NCBI RefSeq assembly: GCF_009834535.1
Contig: NC_045697.1
Coordinates: 107,200,001-107,264,000, forward strand
Reading direction: 5' to 3'
Length of the DNA: 64,000 nt
From: Camelus ferus
Lineage: Eukaryota
Positions 15,716-26,946 of the stretch are shown in pieces. A model generated the notes under the pieces. That model was not told where the DNA came from and searched no databases. It saw nothing but the letters and a program-made list of their open reading frames with translations. The translations under genes and the position numbers were made by a program. Every line of letters starts with the position of its first letter. Position 1 is the first letter of the stretch.

Positions 15716-15777
15716 CTGAGAACACAGCAGCATAACCAGCTCCACAACTGAACTACTAGACTTCATGCAAACCAGAC
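15716..15777 (-). CDS. LRBA: LRBA exon, 62 nt ([21 protein letters not shown])
   Basis: Acceptor taaaaatag|GTC, donor CAG|gtgagt. Hand-translated. Confidence 0.95.
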
Positions 15778-18700
15778 CTATTTTAAAGAGAATTAAAAAC
15801 AACAAAATTACAAAGTAAAAAAACAAATAAGAGATATATTTCTTATACAACTTTGTCCAAATTGGTTTTTAAAATAAAATTTAAGATCATGCCAAGAACC
15901 AACCTGTACATATATGATCATATGAGTAAACAAAGGATTCTGTAATTACTTTAAATTTGGCATCAAAACGATCACGATTTTTTGTAGCCTATTTCATTTC
16001 AGCTTTCAAATTACTAAAACATTTATTACAAGTTCATGTACAATGACATTTCACAACACTCATAGAAATGTGCACAACATATGCCATGTTGATCAATATC
16101 ATCTAAATTTTGTTTTGGAGAGAGTTGATTGTTATACATGCAGAGAAGGGAAATGGCTCCATGACCTTTGCTTTCTCCACCACACTCTCTCCCTTCAACC
16201 CTCTAGCTATCAATCAAGTTTCCATTTTGTTTCATGGCAGAAGACATCCCAAACACTCTTATTAGTACCTTGACCTGTGACCTCACACTAAACCTTAACA
16301 GAAGTGCAAGCCGTTGTCTGTTATATATTCTTGATTTTTTATGAATAAATTCATTTCTATTTTTTTCTCTTATATTTCATTCGGGTTCAACAGAAATACT
16401 TCAGGAAGGAAGTTTTATACAATTAATACCTATGTAAAGACTTCTTAAGTTTTGATTACCAATAAGATCTAAAGTAGTAATTCAATGAACGCTGTATAAT
16501 CAGTATCTTAAAAAGGCAATGCCAATAATTAAAAGCACTAAATTGCTAAATTACATTAGTAATAATCAGAAAAATTACAATTTTTAATTCCATATTTTTC
16601 TAAGCAAACACAAGTTTGAGTTCAAACTAAACTAAGTGTAACAACTAAAATAACTCCTCATGGGTACGCACCCTACAGAATTATCTTATTTCTTTCTTCC
16701 TCTCCATTAAAGTTACTGCAGGCACCCATCCCATCCCACACCCCTCCTTTAATCGTATTGCTCTACAGTTCCTTCTCCTTCCGTCTTTTAGTCATGATGT
16801 CTCATACCTGCTGACAGCACATGTCGGCATTCTTTAGCCTTACAAATAGGATTCAAGTTAAATAGGTTGTTCACCGCCTTTCCTTTTTATAATAGGTATA
16901 ACCACTTTTCTCCACTGTCTTAAAAATATACAACATAGAAATCATGGTAACAGTGTTGGCACTGGCATGAAAATTAGCTATAGAATATCTATCTACATGT
17001 TGCATTAAGCAAGCAGGCCCTTAACTAGACTAAACTGTAGTTTCTGTGGAGCGAAGATGAGCATACCTCCTCAGGCTAATGCCAAGGCCAAAAGGAAGGG
17101 CATGGCCATCCTCCAGCATTTTTTGCTGGTGTGGCCCTCTGCTGATCTGAAAACCTGTCACTTTTCATAAAATGTAACCCAACTACAGGAAGTTTCATAT
17201 ATTTCAACTTCAAAAGCCACTAATTCTAGCAAGTAAATTCAGATCTTTCTACAACTAGGTCATTATTCCTTATTGCTCTATTTTAGAGGAACCAGAATTC
17301 CTATCAACTTTCCTTTCATGACAAAGCATTTAGGCCCTGATCTGGCTCAGCCTTTTATACCCACTCAGATAATGAACAGTAACGATTAAAGGGCCTTGGG
17401 CCGTCCAAAGTTAGAAAGACTCATAGGTGTCCTCCTGTCTCTACAACATATCGTAGGATAGCTCGATACTTACATACTTTGAAAAAATTACTTATTTCAG
17501 GCTTATTTCAGATTAGCAAAGTGGAAGAAGGTTAATGCTACCCAGTTGGACATGAAGATTCAGCAAAAAAATACAACCACTGCTCAGTGGATTGAGTGTT
17601 CAAGGACAGTAAGATGTCAAGTAACATTTCATAGTTTGATTAGAACAATTCATATTTTTTTTGGAGCAGAGTTTTGTAGATTTGTAAAGAATGGTAGGGG
17701 GCTGGGTGGATGGTACATTAAATTTTAAGTAAGGGCATCAGAGAGCTTACAGTAGACCCCTAAAGGGCACTGATACTGCCAACACAAATATATAACCTTG
17801 GGAGGAAGTAAACGGAGGTAATCTCAATAAGGGACTTGGTATCGGATTGCAAAACTTAATCACCTCTCTCTATTTTTGATCTCAGTTTTTACCTTTGGGT
17901 GACACTGGTTACATGGATGAAAAAGCAAGAAACTGAATTGTAAGCCAGTAAATCTGTCTTCAGAGCTACAGTCAGACTCTAAGGATTATCCAAAGGAAAG
18001 CCTTAAAACAACACTTGGAGTGAAACTGTAAGTTGTTGAAGTATCAGGTTTCACCTTAGACACACACAAATCCTATTAACTGCCCCAATTAGCAGAAAGA
18101 GAAAAAGGTACTGTTGGCTCAGAGTTTGGACTGGGCTCATAATCTGACTCTCTAAAAGCCTCTCAGAGTAATGATTGGTTTCAGTTTGTTTGGTTTTATC
18201 TTTGGTTGGATTTTAAGCATTACAGAATTTTAGTCTCTTCAAAAGAGACAAACTGAGGTTGCCAAAACCAAGAGTGTTATACCTTTCATGTGTTTCATGA
18301 CCAAAGACCACTGCAATTTTTTTCAGAGACTATTTATACCACCTCTATTACTACTTTTTCCTTACTACTAAACTCAGAAATATTAAATGACTTACCAGAT
18401 ATTAAGCTAGCAACATTTGAACACTGAGATTTCTAAACTCTCAAGTATACCATAAAAAAGTCATGACCATTTACCATCTGGAATGTCAGAATCCCTTTTT
18501 TAAAACAATTATTTATCTTAAGTCACCTTAAATAATTTACATAAAGGGATGGTTAAAAACATTATCAGAAGTTCTAGTAAGACTTTAAGCATAATAAACC
18601 CAAAATTTTTCCCATTTTCCTGGTTTTGAAGGTATCTGTCTATAATTTGGATATAATTAATTGCTCCTGATCAATCTGTAAACATGATATTCATCTTATA

Positions 18701-21700
18701 AATACTAATTCTAAGTTACAAATAAACTTTTAATAGGTACTAACTTATCATTAGTTCTGGTCCTTCTTTATTATTATTTTTTTTTAATTTTAGGGGCAGG
18801 TAATTAGGTTTAATTTTTTTTAATGGAGGATAGTGGGGATTGAATCCAGAACTTCACCAATGCTAAGTACATGCTCTATACCGAGTTATATCTTCCCCCT
18901 GGTCCTCCTTCTTGAACTAACATCACCAAGTGCAATATTTTGGAAAAGCTGGACTAATAGGTTGTTCAAAATTCTGTTAAAGAGAGGAGAGTCATCTTCT
19001 TTTCTCCAAAATTGCAAAATATTTCCTTCTTCAGATTATAAACACCATTTAGAATGATCAATCCACTGAATTTTTTCATTTCTACATGAATGGTTCCTTC
19101 CAATGATCTTCATGCATACACCAGCTTTTTGTATTTATTCACTTAGAAACTGCAAAGTAAACTGTGGTGCACAGTCATCACAAATGACGGATGAACACTG
19201 TCACATGCCTCTTTAGCAAAATGAGATGATCCAGGTTCTTGCCATAAAACATCGGATAAATTCTGTAGAATGAAGTCCTTCCTGTTGAATGGCATGATGC
19301 TGGGAAAACCAATTTCCTTTTTGTCCACAGAAATACACTGTGCACAAATAAATTCTTGAGTTGGATAAAAATTGTGAGTACTGCTCCCTGTCTTTTCAAA
19401 TTCATCGACAAATGGTCTAGTAATTATAAAATGTCTTCCTCTGTCAATGTTTTTCACCTCACTATTATGGGCAGAAAATAAATTCTAAATTCTTAACTAT
19501 GTTCGATGAAACCTAAAAATAAGACCACAAAGATGGAATCCATAGACTTCTTTTATATCAATATTTCTCAACCTTTTTTGAGGAACCTAAGGAGCCATTT
19601 CAGGACATTTTTCTTAATTATGCCCTATGAAATTTTAATACTAAAGAAATACTGTACAGATGTACTGTGGTCCATTGGAGAATCACAAACTATTGTAGTA
19701 TTTAGGTATTTGCCCTCCTAAAATACCAGTCTTTGATCTCATTGAGAAAACAAATTTATACCTGCTTAAAATATGAAGTAACACTTTGCGCAACACAGTA
19801 AGAAAACTAAGGGTGATCCAAGAATGATGATTTACTATCCTAGTGCACCTTGATTCTAGGGGCAATTCCACTATTTTTGTTTTCTTATTATTTTAATCCT
19901 TAATATAGTTAGAAATAACAGATGAGTACTGATGACTAGCAAAATGTTCTAAGATATAGAAAAATTAACATCACAAAGATCCCATAATAAATCCTAGATT
20001 TATAAAAAATGTCCAATGAAATCATTTATGGTAACTGTCAGATAGAATCAACATTTTTTAAAGTAATTATGTTTTTGGAAGGCCCCTAAAAAAACAAAAG
20101 CAGTAAAATATCAATGTTTACAAAGGGCTGTAACTCCTTGAAAAAGAGAGTTACCATCACTAAAATTAAGCCAATCAGAAAATACATGGCAAGATGTAAT
20201 ATGAAGTACCATAGCTAATTAAATGTTTAAATACACAGGATAGAGAAACTGCTAAATGACATCACCAAGAAGAATAGCCACAGAGAATCTAGATATGAAA
20301 TATTCTACAGAACCACCAACCAGATTTCTTCAACTAGTCAGTAACATGAAAACAGAATAATAGAGGAAAACTATTTGACATTAATAAGGACTTAAGAGAC
20401 ATAATTAAATGCAATAAATTGATTTTGTTTGGATCTTAATTCGAAGAAAATCAATTATAAAAAAAACTTTTAGATAAAGATGAATACGGGCTGAATATTA
20501 GGTAACACTGTAGAACTACTATTAATATTATTAGGTATAATAGCAGAAATTATGATTTGTAAGAAAATAACCTTTTGATATGAATTATGAATGATTTAGG
20601 GTGAAAATCTGGGGTTGTCTGGGGTTGTTTTAAACACTAAAGCAAAATAAAGGGAGGTGAATATAACCACCATGGCAAAACGAAGGTGGTTTGGGTAGTT
20701 GGTAATAATAAGTTCATGGATATTGAATTTCCTACTTTATAAATATTTTAAATGTTCCTTAAACTTTTTTTTAATAAAAAGTTCATTTAAAAGATTTAAA
20801 AGTAATAAATTTTCGAGTACCTGGTCACACAGCTAGGTAGGTCACTGGCAAGGGCAGAATTAAGACTGAGGTCTCCTCCCTTTCAGTCCAATGCTTTTTG
20901 GAAAGTACCACGGTGCAACCACCTCCACTCAAAACTTTTCTGTTTTACAGTGCATGGAACCACTACCCAAAGGATTCCTCACAACTTAAAATATAAAAGC
21001 TACATTACAGCTCTTAATTTGTTTGCTGTTTTTATGAACTCAGCCCTATGAGGAGGTACCACCCAAGTTTATAGATATCTGAGCAAGAGTATCATCTTCC
21101 TTCTTGTCATTTTATCAGAATTTACCAATAAGAAATTGATTCTAAATTTTGTTCAAGATCTAGAATTGTAAAGTTTAGTACTTCTGAGTACCTAAGATGA
21201 TCCTATTTTATTGGATCATTATAAAATTCAAAGACCAAATAAATGGCAACAATGTCCTGCTACACTGAAAGGCTATAATTAATACATTCATTGTACAGTT
21301 ACAAAATGAAATATAATTAATAAGTTGTCACACCACTTTAAAAGAAGAAAATAATACATGAAGCATAAATTAGGGTGCAACCTTTGATTTATCACTTCAT
21401 TTCCTTTCAAATCTTATTACTTCATCAGATCAATAGTTCTTGGCTAAATATTTATATCTTTTAGCAGATAAATTTCCACCCTAAACTTAATTCAAGTATT
21501 TCTAAAACCTAAACTTTGTTTTCAAATAAATTGTTACTTTTTGACCATACGGAAACAGTGCTGACATCCCATAATTAACATCAGACACAGATATTTTAAA
21601 CTATTATCTTACCTATAACTTGCACTACCATTATATCCTTATTTCTATAAAAAGAGGGGCTTTTTTTTCCCCACAAGTTTTAAGAAATTCCTTAGGAGAT

Positions 21701-22280
21701 CATCTAGTGACTAGTTTGACACAACCTCAAAGTACTCTACCTAGAAAAGATCCAGTCATCTATGTATGATATAGGCAGGAAAGAGTAAAATACTACTGTA
21801 CCTTCTACTTATTTGTAAGACAGAATTCTACGGATAGAGACTAATAATGCATTCCTCATTTTCCTAGTATGTGGCAGTACACTGTTGGTTATATAGATCT
21901 TAAATTCAAGTAAAATCCCAGGTAAATGCCCCACTAATTACTGTAACATTAGTCTCTCTAATTCTTTATTCTCATAGTTAATTTTAATGCATTAAAAATT
22001 TTCTTAGTTCTTTGGTTCAATACATAATTTTCTTTTCTTTTTTTATTATTCCTAAAAACACACACATTTACTGCACACAAATCTCATCCAAATCACTGAT
22101 TTTGAAAACCTTGTATAAAACAGAATTATCAGACATAACTTATTCTTTAAAAAATACGTACAGACTCTGTGAGAAACCTTGAAAACAAACAATAAATCCC
22201 CATTAATCTAGTTATTCATTGAAGTTTTTAACCTTGAAATTTAAGAAATATACAAATAAATGTGTGTGTGCGTGTATATG

Positions 22281-22326
<46 letters not shown>

Positions 22327-25300
22327 CGTGCGCACACGTGTAAAAAAAAAACAGAAAAGCCACTTACTTGTTCCTTCTATAAGCAGTTCTTGTCCGTGGC
22401 TACCCAAAAGTGTCCGAGAAAGAAAAGGTGCAAAATCTACAAAAATCTCTCGCAGAAGAGGAGCTGCCTTTTCCAAAGCATGTTCGAGCCTCTCTGTAAT
22501 ACTAATGGAAAGGTGTTAACTCACTTGTTCTATTCATTAGCATTTATAAATTTTCTAGTTTTAAAATCAGTGATAGAAATATAAAACTATGTGAAAATTT
22601 AAAATTTCCCTAAAGCCTCACTATCGCTATGCATACCATTCCTTCTGCCTGGAATACCCTTTTTCATTCTGTTCTATATTGCCACCCCCAGCCCTCACAG
22701 ACAACCTGGTAAACAACCACTCCAATCATCAGCTTATTGGAAGTCTTAACTGGCCAGTAGAGAGCACTTGATTTGAGCCCATTATAAACTAAACAAACTC
22801 TATCAAGTCCTTATTAAATTTTCTATTACCACTAAACCACAAGTACCTTCAGATCAAGAACTATGCCTTAGCTTCTAAGTTCTCAGCTGCACCATACAGT
22901 ACAAATTCAATAAATGCTTATAAACTGAAAGAATCAGTTTATTTTTCATTGACATCTGTCTCTATAGTAATTTCTTTCTAACGCAATCTGAAAAACTTTT
23001 CATTTGTAAACAGTATACTTTACTGGCACATTTACAATGATCTCAGTTTACACAATGTATGCCTTTGTGACTATATGTACATATATTCATACATATATGT
23101 ATACACACAGAAACACATATATACACACACAGTTCCTCAGTTTCCACGGGCAAATAGTTTCAAAACTCCCACAGACAGCAAAATCTGTGGATGCTCAAGT
23201 CCCTTATATAAAAGGGCATAGTATTTGCACATAACTCATGCACACCCTTCTGTATATTTTAAATCATATTTAGATTACTTATAATACCTGATACAATGTA
23301 AATGCTGTGGGAATTATTGTAAATACAATGTAAATAGTATGTAAATAGTTGCCAATGCAAGGCAAATTCAAGTTTTGGTTTTGGAAACCTTCTGGAATTT
23401 TTTTTTTAATATTTTCAATCTGATGTTGGTTGGATCCATATCCAACTACATATATACATATTTAAGGAGTTAAAAAAAAGGCCCCTGCATTTCAGAAAAT
23501 TCTGTTTCTAAGTTATAAACAAAGCATATATGTAAACAGTCATTACTTATTTACTACTCATAGGAGAACTTCCTATTCAAACTATCAATTACTGAAAGTA
23601 CTGAAACCGTCCATTGGTAAGCTGCTGGAAATTTCTGTGGTCAATAACCATCTCTTCTCAGGTACTACCCGTAATACTACTCCTCTCCACTTAGCACATG
23701 GAGCCTCTTATCCATGGATGACATCACAGCTAGGAGCCTCTACTTGTAGCACCCTGGTGCCTTTGTAAAGTGCTTTGCATTTTCCAATTGTGGTAAGGAA
23801 AAATTAAGAACTCTGGCCACAATGACCCTAGTGGTAGAAAATATTCACAGCATTCCAATGAGAATTTGAAATGCACCGTCCCAATTAAAAAAGATTAATG
23901 ACAGTAAAAATTTATCTATTGTTCAGTGTCACTATAGCTTTGGCTGACTGGCTAAACTTATTTCAGCATTTCTAGGGAAGAGGAACAATGAATTCCAAAT
24001 GTTCAATTTGCAATCATATGGAACACAAGCCATAAGCTACTAACTACCTAAGTAATTAAGTATTTGTTATGCCTGCAGCATTTATGAATCACAAATAGCT
24101 ACTTCTTATGAATCTTTTACATCTCATAATCTTTAAGAAGAAACTTCTAAAATATTCCCATGCCTCTAAATGTAATATCTGTTAAAAAAAAAAAAAAAGA
24201 CTGTAGCTAGACAGTTTTAAGAGTCATCAGAAGGAATAAATCACAAATATCCAAGTTAGTAATTTGAATACCTCATATTTGAAACTTGGTCTTGCGGAAC
24301 TGAACCAACTGTTGGAACCGCAGGTAATTTTGCATTAGATGATCTACCACCTATAAAAGAAAATATCCGTTTAGGGAATTTTCTGTTTTTAGATACAAGA
24401 GTTGAAACAAAAATGGTATCTTGATACCAAATCAACAACAACAAAAACCTATCATAATGGATTTTTAAATGCCTATTATAATCTAGATAACATTAAAATC
24501 TACCAATCAACAAAGTTTTTCTTGGATCATTCAATATATAAATTTCAGTTACAGGTTCAATTATCACACTAAGCAGTCCTTCCATCCATTGGCTGAAAAA
24601 GCAGAAAAAAGTAAATTCTGACTCACTATATTGGGGTCATGATTCCTTCCATCCTTCCACACAACTCCAAGTAGTAATAGAGGTTTATAAGCAAAAACCT
24701 TTCTTAACTGAAGCAAAAAACAGAAACAGCTAATTCCAAATTTAGCTTAAATAGGTGTGCTTCATTACCATGAAAACTATCCTTATTCAGTCACCAAATA
24801 ACTTCTGCTATACCGTAAATGCTTCTGAGTCTAGTCTGGCAATGATTATGCAAGGACCACCTAAGAAACCTTTCTTAAATGATTCAAACAGAACATATAC
24901 TCCCTCATTTATGTCCTCACTGTAATTGGTATATAACCTGTTGTTGCACTAGTCACACTGTATTTCAATTGATTTTTATATCCTTTTTCCTAGTCTACTA
25001 ATCTTATTGAAAGCAAAGATTTCATCATTTTCATCCATCTATCTCTAGAGCCTAGACAAACTGACACAGTAGAACATTCTCAACTTGTGTTAACTGCAGA
25101 AATTGCTTCCTTAATCATTCCCACCTCCCATATTTCAGTAGGTCAATCTTCCCACCTGGTATATACTTCCCTCTCTATCTCCTACGATTTTATGTCCCTA
25201 GCTTTATTCAAACTACTATGTAGAGTTAATTCCCAACATGTGGTCTTATTTTACTCTCCAGTACCCTTGAGTACTCTTGTATATCTGTATAGTTGAATGG

Positions 25301-26907
25301 CCAGCTCACCCTCTTATAGTATAAAATGTTCAAACTCTTTTGTCTTGTATAAGAGATATCTTCTTTCTGTTTTCAACAAATAACTGTGCTTATAAATTTT
25401 ACTCGGGAAAAAAAATAATCACCAGGAAATTAACTCTGACAGAGTTGGATGGGGACAGAATGGACAGGTACAGAAACAACACACATTATGACAAGTCTTC
25501 AAAATGTAGGTCTAGAAGACTAATTTGGAGGATAATTTACTGAGGCTTAGAGAGTTCTAACAAGCTCAAATTCTCTCATAAACCTTTTACAATACTCTAT
25601 TACTGAGATGCCTTAAGTTTCCCCATTGTATGCTTCTCCCTTACTGAACTAACTTACTCAACCAAAGGTTTATTACTATGGGATTTGGTTGGAGGACACT
25701 GACGGAGACTTTAGATGAAGTCAGGTAGAGGAAGATACCAAGATTTTTTAAGAAATCTCTAAGCAAGAATTCTTTCCATAGCAAGTTATTTCATCAGGGT
25801 AAGGTGCACATTTTTCCACGTGATATTATCTCTCAAATCAATGCAGCTTACAAAGGCATCTTAACGACTGTAGTCGGCCAGAAGTTGAGACCTAACTGTG
25901 AGAAAACACAGTGGATAAAATCATGAAAGCAACAGAATTAAATCTGCAATGTGATAAATGACTAAAGAAGGAAAAACTGTGTAACTTTTTGAAACTTTTA
26001 TCTTGCAATCTACAACCTCAAGATAACGTAAATTAGAGGAAGAATGACTGTACAATCTAAACTTATTGTCTAAGTGAGGCATACCTCAGAGATATTTTGG
26101 GTTCAGTTCCAGACCACAGCAATAAAACAAATATGACAATAAAGCAAGTCACATGAAGTTTTTGGTTTCCCAGTGCATATAAAATTTATGTTTACACTAT
26201 ACTATAGTCTACTAAGTGTGCAACAACAGTTTTTCCCCCCAAAATGGGACATTTTCCTATTTAAAAATACTTTATTACTAAAAAATGCTAACCAACATCT
26301 GACATAGGGCTGCCACAAACTTTCAATTTGTATAAAAATGCTGTATCTGCAAAGCACAATAAGTGAAGCGTAATACATTTTGTTTTTTTTACAAATTGTA
26401 TTTTTTACAAATTGAAGATTTGTGGCAACCCCGTGTCCAGTAAGTCTATCATTGCCACTTTTCCAATAGTATTTGCTCACTTCATGTCTCTACATCACAT
26501 TCTGGTGGTTCTCAATAATTTTTCATTATTACTATGTTTCTATTGGTGATCTGTGATCAGTGATCTTTGATGTTATTATTGCAAAAAGATTATACCTCCC
26601 TGAAAGCTCAGATGATGGTTAGCATTTTTTAGTAATAAAGTACTTTTCATTTAAGGTATTACATAGTATTTTTAGACATAATGTTTGCATATTTAATAGT
26701 CTACAGTATAGTATAAACAACTTTTATATGCACTGGGAAACCAAAAAATTCACATGACTCACTTTATTGTGATATTCGCTTTATTGCAGTGGTCTGGAAC
26801 CAAACCTCACTATCTCCAAGGGGTATGTCTGTATATAAAGTCCAAACTCTTATTCACATATATACATATACATACATATATATATATACACACACACACA
26901 CATATAT

Positions 26908-26946
<39 letters not shown>

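Noticed and set aside
18396..18477. 82-nt pseudo-exon with CTG|gtaagt donor (similar isolated donors near 7955 and 44750)
   Set aside because: Weak acceptor context, frameshifting and no additional signal. Such sites are expected by chance in long introns.
19310..19360. [14 protein letters not shown] resembling downstream LRBA ESLCAQYSADKRE (duplicated exon?)
   Set aside because: The similarity is limited to a few residues, the flanks do not match and the exon order would be wrong.
22219..22584. Cys/Val- or His/Thr-rich ORFs (also 26754-27022)
   Set aside because: These are translations of dinucleotide microsatellites.
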